Shown here one piece after another: positions 29,366 to 38,307 of a stretch of 64,000 nucleotides of DNA. The DNA is from an uncultured Alphaproteobacteria bacterium. GTDB lineage: Bacteria; Pseudomonadota; Alphaproteobacteria; RF32; CAG-239. How positions within the stretch are numbered: the first letter of the stretch is position 1; each line of letters opens with the position of its first letter. Both the position numbers and the translations under genes were made by a program. The notes beneath the pieces are model-generated. The model saw only the letters and a list, made by a program, of their open reading frames with translations. It was not told the origin of the DNA and did no database searches. The stretch lies in NCBI GenBank assembly GCA_910587405.1, contig CAJUKS010000004.1, forward strand, positions 78,141-142,140, written 5' to 3'.

Positions 29366-29866
29366 ATGAATCCGGCTGAATTCAAACGGACGACCAGCAA
29401 CCCGATCGACATGGTGGAGCATATTCTCCATCGTGAATCATATGAGCTGGAACGACGCAGCCCCAACGAGGTGGTAGTCGAAATTCAGGGGCGCTGGAAC
29501 GAAATGCTGCTGTTCTTTTCCTGGGAAGAGTCGATGCATTGTCTTCACCTTTCGTGCCTGATAAACATTGAAGACCAGCAAAAAGACCATAACAAAATTT
29601 TTGAACTGCTGGCATTGATTAACGATGATCTTTGGGTCGGCCATTTTTCATACTGGACCGAGCAGAAAATGCCGGTTTTCCGCTATGCCCTTTTTTACAA
29701 TCCCGACAACAATGATTTTTCGGCCCAAATTTCCAACATTATCAATATTGCGGTAAAGGAATGCGAGCGGATGTACCCGGTATTCAACGTTGTTATGACG
29801 AAGGGAATGGATCCCAAACAAGCCCTCTTTCCGATGCTTTTGACTACCGCCGGCCAGGCTGAATAA
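29366..29866 (+). CDS. YbjN-domain protein
   Basis: SNPIDMVEHIL..LHLSCLINIE..LLALINDDLWVGHFSYWTEQKMPVFRYALF matches the alphaproteobacterial YbjN pattern. Confidence 0.8.
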   Translation: MNPAEFKRTTSNPIDMVEHILHRESYELERRSPNEVVVEIQGRWNEMLLFFSWEESMHCLHLSCLINIEDQQKDHNKIFELLALINDDLWVGHFSYWTEQKMPVFRYALFYNPDNNDFSAQISNIINIAVKECERMYPVFNVVMTKGMDPKQALFPMLLTTAGQAE

Positions 29867-29958
29867 ACCGTCGCCGTACATCAGCCCTTGTCAGTAGGCA
29901 TAAAAAAAAACGATATCCTTAACGGATATCGTTTTTTTTTACTTTAAGCGTCGCGGTC

Positions 29959-31026
29959 TCAATCCGTTTCGGCATACACCAAAATGTCATCACTTTGCGA
30001 CACTTCGCCTTGCCAAAGCAGCCATACCGGACGTACGCCGGGAACTTCTTTGACAAACTTTCCTAAAACGTCATAAAACCTGAAAACATGGTCCTTTTCA
30101 ACGACGATTTCACCGGTGGGCAAATGAGGAACGGACGACGTAACGACCGCATAGGCCATGTCTGCTTTTGCAACCAGCCTTTTGCCGTTGTTAAACAACA
30201 CGTCATAAAATTCCTCTTCTTCATCATCGGAAGCCACCAACAAAAAGTTACCGCAGACTTCGACAAACTTGTCGAGAGAAAACAGCGGTCGTCCTCTTCC
30301 GTTGATCACCCGGCTGTCACCTTCATCAGGAAGCAGAAACCGTCCCGGTTCCAGATACTGGGGAATATAATACCCGCAAGGGGCATCCTTCAGGAACAGT
30401 TGCTGACAGTCACCGCCGGCAAAATCATAGAACTCCCACTTTTTCCCCTTGTCAGAAGCGAAAACATGACGTTTTTTCTGCAAATCGGCCCCCCAATAAT
30501 CGCTGTTAGGCTTACGGAGAATGAAACGGCCGTCTTTCCAAAACGACAAAGTGTCCGTCTCGGCGTCAAATACTTCATAAACCGCCGGACCGTCCGCCCA
30601 ACGGATACATGTGTAGCACCTCGGCAGCAGTTCTTCCCCCTGTTTGGTGTACAAACCGCATGAGTCTTCCTGTCCGATCACCAGATAAGAACGATCGACA
30701 ACCAGTTTGGCATCATACCGACCTTCCGGCGTTCCGAACAGATAGAAGTCACCGTCACCGCCGTATTCTGCCATCCGCAGCACTTCGCTGTAGGCAGGCG
30801 CCAGAAGAACGCCGTCACGGGCATTTTTGATACCGAGCAGTTCTCCTTCGCGAAAGATAACCACTTCGGACCACGGAACGGCATATTCATCGTTAATCAC
30901 CAGCGTCTGTGACGAGAGGCCGGTTTCGGCAGAATTGCTTTCTGCAGAACCCAAACTCCTGTTCACACACACGTACACGACGGCAAATACGGCAAGCGCC
31001 GCAATAAAGAATCCAACTTTTTTCAT
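29959..31026 (-). CDS. Hypothetical membrane-anchored or secreted protein
   Basis: N-terminal hydrophobic anchor MKKVGFFIAALAVFAVVYVCV from the internal ATG at 31026, with coherent coding over about 355 aa. Confidence 0.6.
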   Translation of the reverse strand: MKKVGFFIAALAVFAVVYVCVNRSLGSAESNSAETGLSSQTLVINDEYAVPWSEVVIFREGELLGIKNARDGVLLAPAYSEVLRMAEYGGDGDFYLFGTPEGRYDAKLVVDRSYLVIGQEDSCGLYTKQGEELLPRCYTCIRWADGPAVYEVFDAETDTLSFWKDGRFILRKPNSDYWGADLQKKRHVFASDKGKKWEFYDFAGGDCQQLFLKDAPCGYYIPQYLEPGRFLLPDEGDSRVINGRGRPLFSLDKFVEVCGNFLLVASDDEEEEFYDVLFNNGKRLVAKADMAYAVVTSSVPHLPTGEIVVEKDHVFRFYDVLGKFVKEVPGVRPVWLLWQGEVSQSDDILVYAETD

Positions 31027-31538
31027 ATTAAATTTTGTTTTTATAATGTTTGCGGGAAAATCCGGCAAACCGAAATTATTAAATAATTACCATATCTCTA
31101 TTTTATAAATTTCATCATTATCACTTTTTTATCCAAATGTCAACTAAAGACTATTATCTCTCCGAAGATTAAACACAATCCGGCATCAAAAAAGCACCGT
31201 TAAACGGTGCTTTTTCAACTCAGTATGCCTTTCGGCCATTTAATCTTTGGCATAGTTTTCCATTGCCCGGGTCAAACGACGGCAATAAACTTTTTTCTGC
31301 CTTTTTCCCTTGCTCCCCTCAGGCGGCAACTTGTTTCCGCGCTGAAAAACCCGGCCGTTGCTTTGTCTCGTCATTTTGAAATTAAGACGCGGCGCCCATT
31401 CAAAAGCATGAAACAGCGGTGCAATACGGCCCACAAACTCAATAATTCGCATAAGCAGTCTGATTTGGTGAACAATAATATGATTTCACCTCTGACTGTA
31501 ATCCGGACTGATTGTTTTTTCAAGCCTTTTTGTTGAAT

Positions 31539-32510
31539 TTAACCGCGCGTCCCGCTCAGCGCTTTTTTATACAAACCGACATTGCGGTTGTGTTCGTCAA
31601 GGCTGCGGGAAAAACGATGGCCGCCTTTTCCCGAAGCGACAAAATAAAGATAATCGGCATCACTGGGATTGACAACCGCCCAAATCGCCTCACGCCCCGG
31701 ATTGCAAATCGGTCCCGGCGGTAAACCGTAATATTTGTAAGTGTTATACGGACTGTCAATCGCCAGGTCTTTTTTGTACAAAGGGCGTCCGAGTTCCGTC
31801 TTCCCTTCGGTCAGGGCATAAATGACCGTCGGATCTGTCTGCAACTTCATCCCCCGCCGCAAGCGGTTGACAAAAACGGCGGCAACGTCGGCCCGCTCGC
31901 TCGTAAGCCCGGTTTCCTTTTCGACAATCGAAGCCAAAATCAGCAGTTGATGCCGGTCCTTGATCATTTCCGGGCGAGATTTTTGCGCCCACGCGTCTTC
32001 CAAAACCCGTTGCATCGCCGCACGGGCCCGGCGCACAATACTGTCCCTGCTGTCTCCGCGCACATAACTGTAGGTTTCCGGCAGCAGTTCTCCTTCCGCG
32101 ATTTCAAGCGTAACTTCGCCTTCCAAAGCCGGCTCGGCCGCAATCAGCCGCAGCATCTGCGCCGTGGTCAGCCCTTCGGGCAGAGTGACCTGCCGGTAAT
32201 GAACTTCGCCCCGGCTGATCACATCCAAAACCTCCCGCATTGAAATTCCCGGCAGAAAAACATATTCCCCGGCTTTCAAATGCTTGTCGAGTCCGCACAA
32301 ACGCGCGCTCAGACGAAACAAAAGCGGGTGTGAAATCACCCCCGCTTCCGTCAGTTTCTTTGCCACCTGACGGGAACCTGCGCCTTTGTCAATCATAATC
32401 ATTGTTTCTTCACGGCGGTTGTTCGGCAAATTAAACTGATGATAAAAATAAATTGCCATACCCGCCGCAAAAACGATTGCCGCCAACAACAGTCCCTTCA
32501 GCCACGCCAT
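31539..32510 (-). CDS. mltG: Endolytic murein transglycosylase MltG (YceG)
   Basis: N-terminal TM segment, then YceG motifs (LASIVEKETG, VFVNRL, MKLQTDPTV, YNTY). I chose the ATG at 32510, 5 nt after the fabF stop. Confidence 0.9.
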   Translation of the reverse strand: MAWLKGLLLAAIVFAAGMAIYFYHQFNLPNNRREETMIMIDKGAGSRQVAKKLTEAGVISHPLLFRLSARLCGLDKHLKAGEYVFLPGISMREVLDVISRGEVHYRQVTLPEGLTTAQMLRLIAAEPALEGEVTLEIAEGELLPETYSYVRGDSRDSIVRRARAAMQRVLEDAWAQKSRPEMIKDRHQLLILASIVEKETGLTSERADVAAVFVNRLRRGMKLQTDPTVIYALTEGKTELGRPLYKKDLAIDSPYNTYKYYGLPPGPICNPGREAIWAVVNPSDADYLYFVASGKGGHRFSRSLDEHNRNVGLYKKALSGTRG

Positions 32511-32514
32511 TTTT

Positions 32515-33786
32515 CTAATCGATTTTCTTAAATACGATTGAAGAGTTGGTTCCGCCAAAACCGAAAGAGTTGGACATCGCAGCCTTGATTTCTTTCTTTT
32601 TGGCTTTCAGCGGCACCAGATCAAACTCGGCCACTTCATCCGCCGGATCTTCCAAGTTAAGCGTCGGCGGACAAGTTTGCTGTTCCAGCGCCTTGATGGT
32701 CAAAACGGCCTCAACCGCACCGGCAGCGCCCAGCAAATGCCCGATCGCCGATTTGGTGGAAGACATCGAAACCGTCGCCATATGTTCGCCGAACAAACGC
32801 TGCACCGCCAAAGCTTCGCCGACGTCGCCGGCCGGCGTTGAAGTGCCGTGAGCGTTGATATAACCGATATCCTTCAGTTCCACCCCGTGTTCCGCCGCAT
32901 GACCGGCCGCCATCTTCATTGCCCGGTAAGCGCCGTCGCCCGAAGGCGCGGTAATATGATAAGCGTCGCCGCTCATTCCGTAACCGACCACTTCGGCATA
33001 AATTTTGGCACCGCGGGCTTTGGCATGTTCATATTCTTCCAGTACCAGCGCACCGGCTCCCTCGCCCATCACAAAACCGCTGCGGCCTTTGTCCCACGGA
33101 CGCGAAGCTTTTTCCGGGCAATCGTTAAAATCGGCCGTCACCGCTTTCATCCGCGAAAAACCGGCCAGACCCAGAATATTGACGGCAGATTCGGCACCGC
33201 CCGCCAACATCAGGTCTGCATCGCCGCGGGCAATCATCGCTGCCGCGTCACCGATCGCATGGGTACCGGTCGAACAAGCGGTCACACAGGCATGGTTCGG
33301 GCCTTTTAAGCTGAAACGGATCGACAGGTTGCCCGAGATCATATTGATCAGGCAGGAAGGAATAAAGAACGGCGATACCCGGTGAGTGCTTTTGTTTTCG
33401 CTGATGATGACCGAATTGTCATAAATGGTCTGCAAACCGCCGATTCCCGATCCCATCATAATTCCGGCGCGGAACTGTTCTTCTTCGTTTGCCGCTTTCC
33501 AGCCGCTGTCTTCCATCGCATCGATTCCGGCAGCCATGCCGAACAAGATGAACTTGTCTACCCGGCGCTGTTCTTTGGGTTCCATCACCGTATCGGGGTC
33601 AAACTGGTGAGCTTCTTTCCCGACCGGCACCTTTCCGGCAATTTTTACCGGAACGTCATAAAGTTCTACCTCGTCGTCAATTCTTCGGATTGCCGATTTT
33701 CCGGCAATAATATTTTCCCAGTTAAAATCGACGCCCCTGCCAAACGGAGAAAGCATCCCCATACCGGTTACCACTACTCTTCTCAT
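32515..33786 (-). CDS. fabF: 3-oxoacyl-ACP synthase II
   Basis: RRVVVTGMG, active-site ACVTACSTG, INAHGTSTP and SFGFGGTN motifs. Confidence 0.95.
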   Translation of the reverse strand: MRRVVVTGMGMLSPFGRGVDFNWENIIAGKSAIRRIDDEVELYDVPVKIAGKVPVGKEAHQFDPDTVMEPKEQRRVDKFILFGMAAGIDAMEDSGWKAANEEEQFRAGIMMGSGIGGLQTIYDNSVIISENKSTHRVSPFFIPSCLINMISGNLSIRFSLKGPNHACVTACSTGTHAIGDAAAMIARGDADLMLAGGAESAVNILGLAGFSRMKAVTADFNDCPEKASRPWDKGRSGFVMGEGAGALVLEEYEHAKARGAKIYAEVVGYGMSGDAYHITAPSGDGAYRAMKMAAGHAAEHGVELKDIGYINAHGTSTPAGDVGEALAVQRLFGEHMATVSMSSTKSAIGHLLGAAGAVEAVLTIKALEQQTCPPTLNLEDPADEVAEFDLVPLKAKKKEIKAAMSNSFGFGGTNSSIVFKKID

Positions 33787-33886
33787 CAGATTTCCTTAAT
33801 AAATTAACATTTAGTTGTTGAGTATTTTTTATATGAAAAAACTCGCTTTATGTCAAGCGAGTTTAGTCATCTACAACTTAAAAGAC

Positions 33887-34120
33887 TTAAGCGTTTTTAT
33901 TCAGATAATCAATAGCATCCTTAACGGTCAGGATTTTTTCGGCAGCTTCATCCGGAATTTCACAACCGAATTCTTCTTCGAAAGCCATAACCAGTTCAAC
34001 CGTATCCAGGCTGTCTGCGCCCAGATCGTCGATGAAACTAGCAGTATCAGTTACTTTTGATTCTTCCACGCCAAGATGTTCTGCAACAATCTTCTTAACG
34101 CGATTAGCTGTATCAGTCAT
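33887..34120 (-). CDS. acpP: Acyl carrier protein
   Basis: [21 protein letters not shown] contains the phosphopantetheine-attachment Ser. Confidence 0.96.
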   Translation of the reverse strand: MTDTANRVKKIVAEHLGVEESKVTDTASFIDDLGADSLDTVELVMAFEEEFGCEIPDEAAEKILTVKDAIDYLNKNA

Positions 34121-34392
34121 TTGATAAACCTCAAAAAATATTAAAACAACAAAGTTATTGGGTACAACATTTTAATCACCCGTGCTGCTTTGTTAGCACA
34201 ATTTTATATCAATTGACAAGCATTATTTCACATTTTCTTCGCAAAATTATGAGTTTGTGGCTTAAAACACCTGATTTTTATAGGGTTGCCGCCCGAATTA
34301 AAAGTGCATAAAACCGTTATGACCTTGACAACCGCGCCCGGCATATTTAACTATTTATCAGGTAAAAATTTCTGAGAAGGGAAAACGCGCCG

Positions 34393-34623
34393 ATGCAAAA
34401 ACTGTTTTTCACCGTTTTGCTGGTTGTCGCCGTTCTGGTTACAATCCGCCTCTACCGGCAAAAAGAAGCCGAAACCGCAGCCCAAACCGCTGTTGAAGAA
34501 ATTTTGTCCGTCAAAGAAGAAGTTGCCGCCCCTGCCGCCGACCCGGCGGAGCCGTCGGCCGAATTTGAAGAAGAACATCCGGAAATCACTTCCGGCGACG
34601 AAGAAACGCTGATCGAAGAATAA
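34393..34623 (+). CDS. Small single-TM protein with an acidic tail (hypothetical)
   Basis: MQKLFFTVLLVVAVLVTIRLY followed by an E/A/P-rich tail. No homology is recognised. Confidence 0.4.
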   Translation: MQKLFFTVLLVVAVLVTIRLYRQKEAETAAQTAVEEILSVKEEVAAPAADPAEPSAEFEEEHPEITSGDEETLIEE

Positions 34624-34752
34624 GCCGTCCCCCCGCCGTCTTCCTTTCGTTGAAGCACGGAAGATTTTTTGCGGTGTCCGCTTGCTTTTGCCGCGGCGGC
34701 TGCTTACATATCAGAAAAAGTCATACTAAACAATAATACTGAGGAGAAAACC

Positions 34753-35700
34753 ATGCTTAAAATAGGAATTATCGGTGCCGGCGGCGTCGGCAGTACCGCA
34801 GCGTTTGCGCTGCTGATGCGGGGCGTTGCCCGCAAAGTGGTTCTGATTGACCAAAACACCAAAAGGGCCGAGGCCGAAGCCGAAGACATCGCGCACGCCA
34901 CCCCGTTTGCCTATGCCAACAAAATTCAGGCCGGGACTTACAGCGATCTCGGCAACGCCGACGTCGTCATCATCACCGCCGGCGCCAACCAAAAACCCGG
35001 CGAAACCCGCAACGACCTGCTGGCAACCAACGTCAGAATTTTTGAAAACATCATTCCGCAACTGGCCGAACACGCGCCCAACGCCATTATCATCATTGCT
35101 TCCAACCCGATGGACGTGATGACTTCGGTTGCCCTCAAACTGTCCGGCTTCCCCGAAAACCGGATTTTCGGCAGCGGCACCGTGCTCGACACCGCCCGTT
35201 TTCGCACCCTGCTCGGCTATCATCTCGGCGTCTCGCCGAAGTCGCTTCATGCCAACGTCTTGGGCGAACATGGCGACAGCGAAGTTCTGATCTGGTCCAA
35301 CGCCGTAGCCGGCACGGTACAGATTGAACAGCTCTCGCACGAAATCGGCAAACCGTTAACCGAAGAAATCAAAAACGACATTGACGACAACGTCCGCAAT
35401 GCCGCCTACAAGATCATTGACGGCAAAGGTTCCACCACCTTCGGCATTGCCGGCGCCCTGTGCCGCATTTGTCAGGCAATTGACAGCAACGAATACGCGG
35501 TGTTGAACGTCTCGGCCTTTCATCACGACATCGAAGGCATCAACGACATCTGCATGGCAATGCCCTGCGTGGTCGGCCGCCGCGGCATCCATAACAAACT
35601 TTATCCGACTTTCAGCGAAGAAGAACATGCCAAGCTGAAACAAAGCGCCGAAATCATCAAAGGCTTTACCGAAACGGCTTTGAATTATATCAAAAAATAA
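34753..35700 (+). CDS. ldh: L-lactate dehydrogenase
   Basis: IGIIGAGGVGST, GANQKPGETR (Gln at the substrate-specificity position, which argues for LDH rather than MDH) and GEHGDSEV. RBS GAGGAG before the ATG at 34753. Confidence 0.85.
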   Translation: MLKIGIIGAGGVGSTAAFALLMRGVARKVVLIDQNTKRAEAEAEDIAHATPFAYANKIQAGTYSDLGNADVVIITAGANQKPGETRNDLLATNVRIFENIIPQLAEHAPNAIIIIASNPMDVMTSVALKLSGFPENRIFGSGTVLDTARFRTLLGYHLGVSPKSLHANVLGEHGDSEVLIWSNAVAGTVQIEQLSHEIGKPLTEEIKNDIDDNVRNAAYKIIDGKGSTTFGIAGALCRICQAIDSNEYAVLNVSAFHHDIEGINDICMAMPCVVGRRGIHNKLYPTFSEEEHAKLKQSAEIIKGFTETALNYIKK

Positions 35701-35725
35701 GGCCGACCCGGTGACAGTCAAAAAA

Positions 35726-35747
35726 CCCCGGAAAATCCGGGGTTTTT
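35726..35747 (+). terminator. Intrinsic terminator after ldh
   Basis: CCCCGG-AAAAT-CCGGGG followed by TTTTT. Confidence 0.75.
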
Positions 35748-35801
35748 AATTGATTGTATTGACGGAGATCAACCGCCCGCCGACAACGTTTCATATTTTA
35801 A

Positions 35802-36053
35802 TTACAAACCCCGTCTTCGATCCTCTTCAATTTGCTTGAATATTTCCGCCAACGAAACACCGATCGCATCTGCAATCATAATTAAAGTCATTAATTGCGG
35901 GGTTTGCTTAAAATCTTTAATATACGACAACGTGCTTTCGCTCAAACCGGTTTTCTTGGCGATTTGATAATTAGTCATACGGACGGCTTTCTGCTTTTCA
36001 ATTAAGGCAGAAATAACTTTGTCACTGATTATTTTGGCATCACGTTTATTCAT
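35802..36053 (-). CDS. XRE-family HTH protein, short paralog of 83 aa without the C-terminal extension
   Basis: NYQIAKKTGLSESTLSYIKDFKQTPQLMTLIMIADAIG. Last gene of a 4-gene HTH operon. Confidence 0.75.
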   Translation of the reverse strand: MNKRDAKIISDKVISALIEKQKAVRMTNYQIAKKTGLSESTLSYIKDFKQTPQLMTLIMIADAIGVSLAEIFKQIEEDRRRGL

Positions 36054-36105
36054 AAATTTACAATAAAACACATTGAGAAATTTATCAACTAATAACAATA
36101 GATTT

Positions 36106-36348
36106 CTATTTATACATTTTCCACAACGTGTCCAAAATTTCGCCGGGATGTTTGTTCAAGGCCTGCATGATGTCCAAATATTCGGTAATGTCAACCCGTC
36201 TTTCGCCGCTTTCGTTTTTGTAAACATAGGATTGAGGCTTGTTTAATCTGCGAGCAAGTTCGGTCTGTGTCAGGCCGGCGTCTTCGCGCGCCCGGCGCAG
36301 CAACTTGCGGAAATGAATGTACTCGGGGGTATAGAGAGACTGGGTCAT
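36106..36348 (-). CDS. XRE-family HTH protein (classic Cro/CI-type, 80 aa)
   Basis: AREDAGLTQTELARRLNKPQSYVYKNESGERRVDITEYLDIMQAL. Confidence 0.8.
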   Translation of the reverse strand: MTQSLYTPEYIHFRKLLRRAREDAGLTQTELARRLNKPQSYVYKNESGERRVDITEYLDIMQALNKHPGEILDTLWKMYK

Positions 36349-36390
36349 AAAATTTTTCCTAAACACATTGCCCAAACAAACGAAACGATA

Positions 36391-36762
36391 TCATTCTTCC
36401 GCAATATCGGCAAGGATTTTATAAGCCAGTTTCAGTTGCCGGGGAGAAAGCTTTTTAAGTTTGTGAAGGGCAGTGTAAAAAAGAGGATCTTTACCTAACA
36501 ACTCATTCTCGACCAACGCCGATTTCGGATAAGGATAATGTTGATACAACGCTTGCGGCAGGTCAAACTCTGTTGCGGCCGACAAACGGATCATCATTGA
36601 AAAGGTTGGATTCTGTTCAAAATTTTCAATTTTTGAGATCGAACTTTTACTGACGTCGGCTAACAAAGACAGGCGATAAGGCGTAATCTTTTTTAACTCG
36701 CAATGTTCTTTAAAAGCAAGGATGACGTTGTTGACAACGCTATGAGTTTCTCGTGTTTTCAT
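36391..36762 (-). CDS. XRE-family HTH protein with a ~45-aa C-terminal helical extension (paralog family)
   Basis: YRLSLLADVSKSSISKIENFEQNPTFSMMIRL, then LLGKDPLFYTALHKLKKLSPRQLKLAYKILADI. Confidence 0.8.
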   Translation of the reverse strand: MKTRETHSVVNNVILAFKEHCELKKITPYRLSLLADVSKSSISKIENFEQNPTFSMMIRLSAATEFDLPQALYQHYPYPKSALVENELLGKDPLFYTALHKLKKLSPRQLKLAYKILADIAEE

Positions 36763-36799
36763 ATTTTAACGACAAAAGATTTTTATTTTACAGTTGATT

Positions 36800-37168
36800 T
36801 TACTTCTTTCGGTTGACGAGTGTCAAAATAAGATCATGCGCAATTCTCAAGTCGTCTTCACTCAGCCTTTGCAAATTTTCAATCGTAACGTCAAAAAGCG
36901 GCGAACGCCCCAATAGTTCCATCGTCTGAGAATCTTTTCTCTCCGGATAGCTTTGCGCCACGATATCCGGGAAATAACATCCCAGATAGTCAGCTATGAT
37001 AGCCAAGGTCATAAAAGAAGGATTTTGTTTCAAACACTCAATCTTGGAGATGGAGCTTTCACTCATGCCGGTACCCTTAGCCAACTTGTATTGGCTAAGA
37101 TCACCTCGTGCTTCCCGCAGTTTGAGCACGATTTTATTGGTTATACTTTTTGCTTGTCGTTTATTCAT
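36800..37168 (-). CDS. XRE-family HTH protein with a C-terminal helical extension (paralog family)
   Basis: YKLAKGTGMSESSISKIECLKQNPSFMTLAIIADYL, then LLGRSPLFDVTIENLQRLSEDDLRIAHDLILTLV. Confidence 0.8.
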   Translation of the reverse strand: MNKRQAKSITNKIVLKLREARGDLSQYKLAKGTGMSESSISKIECLKQNPSFMTLAIIADYLGCYFPDIVAQSYPERKDSQTMELLGRSPLFDVTIENLQRLSEDDLRIAHDLILTLVNRKK

Positions 37169-37188
37169 AATACATAATATAAAATCAT

Positions 37189-37217
37189 TTGACTTTAACT
37201 TTATAACACTCTATGAT
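37189..37217 (+). promoter_or_regulatory. Sigma70 promoter driving structured RNA copy A and the small ORF, divergent from the HTH operon
   Basis: TTGACT, a 17-nt spacer, then TATGAT. The equivalent TTGACT-N16-TATACT is present upstream of copy B. Confidence 0.65.
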
Positions 37218-37223
37218 CCTAGA

Positions 37224-37548
37224 TAGTAGGTTAATATCTATAGCCATAATATTATTCTGACGCAATACCTGTTGCAGCAGGTATCCTAAGGGCTAGAGAT
37301 AGTCCGGATGAAGTGATGTTCATCTGAATTTAAACTCGTGCAGCATGTCGATGTAAATGCTGTGACTCGGCTATTGACTCTTTGAACAATAACTGAGATT
37401 ATATCCCCGGTCTTCGACTATCGGCCGGGGAGCCCTTCGGGCTTGCCTGAAGGATGCCATTTCACGAGTTATGGTAACATCACCTCCCCGGCCACCTTAT
37501 TTCCCGCCCTTGATTTTTGGTTTTCACTTTTTCACAACGAGGGCTGCT
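37224..37548 (+). ncRNA. Conserved structured RNA / long 5' leader, copy A (conserved core 37266-37496)
   Basis: The ~230-nt core is alignable to 49580-49805. At least three stems keep their pairing while the loops differ, and one base pair covaries. No coding potential. It ends at the SD of the small ORF. Confidence 0.65.
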
Positions 37549-37737
37549 ATGCTTCATCATCTTTTAAATAAAATTCTGCCGCAACAATCAAACATATCCC
37601 GCGAGTCCGATGACATCGACGAACCGATCCGCGGCATCCGGGAGCTTGAAACCTTTCTGGCAAATCAGAGCGAAGAAACCCGACAGGCCATTCATAAGGT
37701 CATTTCCTTTATTCTCTACCGCACCCCTTTGCAATAG
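37549..37737 (+). CDS. 62-aa protein, paralog of the ORF at 49853-50047, resembling the C-terminal extension of the neighbouring XRE paralogs
   Basis: GAGGGC SD 5 nt before the ATG. MLHHLLNK..DEPIRGIRELETFLANQSEETRQAIHKVISFIL compares with ..DEPIRNLKEFEAFVFSQSEETQRALGKIIAFIL. Confidence 0.65.
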   Translation: MLHHLLNKILPQQSNISRESDDIDEPIRGIRELETFLANQSEETRQAIHKVISFILYRTPLQ

Positions 37738-37815
37738 ACGGCAACAAAAAACCCCCGGCAAGCCGGGGGTGTAAAAACAACGGAAGCAGACGGCGATCGT
37801 CTCTTCCTTCGGATT

Positions 37816-38307
37816 TCAGGCTTTTGCTGCCGCAGACGCGCCGTACAGCCGGTCATAAAAGACAATCAGCGGTTTGTCGGCATGGTCGCGGAAGAAAGCC
37901 AGAGCTTTGTCGCACAAACGTCGTCTGTTGATGTACTTGACCGCGGTTTGCAATTTCTTTTGTTGCACCATTTCCATTTGCGCGGCTTCCGGCAGCGAAT
38001 GGAACTTGGCATAAATTGACAAGGCCTTGGGATAGTGAATCAAAAGCTTTTCGTTGGCGGCACGACAACGACGAAGGCGGAAATAAATACAGAAGAGATC
38101 CTTGCGGTTTCCTTCAATCAGTTTTCGCTCAACCTCCAAATCCAGCGGATATCTCTTGACGTAACACTCAAACTTTGTCGTATCACGCAAAGACAGCAGC
38201 TGAAACTGAGCTTTGGTTTTGAGCTTTCCTTCCTTTATCTGTTGCTTGAATTCCTGCAGACTGTGATATCCTGTCACCGCAATCTGCCCGTTTAACGATT
38301 TTTCCAT
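37816..38307 (-). CDS. Hypothetical protein (about 163 aa)
   Basis: Coherent ORF convergent with the small ORF. The terminator CCCCCGG-CTTG-CCGGGGG plus a T-run on the minus strand lies at about 37746-37775. The start is uncertain (ATG at 38307 or TTG at 38364). Confidence 0.5.
   Translation of the reverse strand: MEKSLNGQIAVTGYHSLQEFKQQIKEGKLKTKAQFQLLSLRDTTKFECYVKRYPLDLEVERKLIEGNRKDLFCIYFRLRRCRAANEKLLIHYPKALSIYAKFHSLPEAAQMEMVQQKKLQTAVKYINRRRLCDKALAFFRDHADKPLIVFYDRLYGASAAAKA

Noticed and set aside
31069-31538. A 470-nt gap between the hypothetical gene and mltG contains overlapping ORFs at 31207-31536 (+, 109 aa) and 31240-31452 (-, 70 aa, basic).
   Set aside because: Neither has a recognisable RBS or motif. 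The minus-strand ORF is followed by a good terminator (about 31190-31215) and might be real, but I cannot support a call from sequence alone.
37479-37487. ATCACCTCC (and ATCACCTCCT at 50242-50251) is identical to the 3' anti-SD tail of 16S rRNA, suggesting an anti-SD mimic in the leader.
   Set aside because: The main copy B and the third copy read GCTAACTCC/GCTAACTCT at the same position, so the mimicry is not conserved. The conserved part is only the following CTCCCCGGCC helix strand.
37266-37496. Assignment of the conserved RNA to a known class. I considered ykkC/guanidine-I, yybP-ykoY, crcB, ZTP, c-di-GMP, hammerhead/twister ribozymes, RNase P/SRP/tmRNA fragments, retron msr-msd, and IS110 bridge or TnpB/IscB omega RNA.
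   Set aside because: I could not find the invariant core nucleotides of any of these by eye. No reverse transcriptase, TnpB/IscB or IS110 recombinase gene is nearby. This needs an Rfam/Infernal scan to be definitive.
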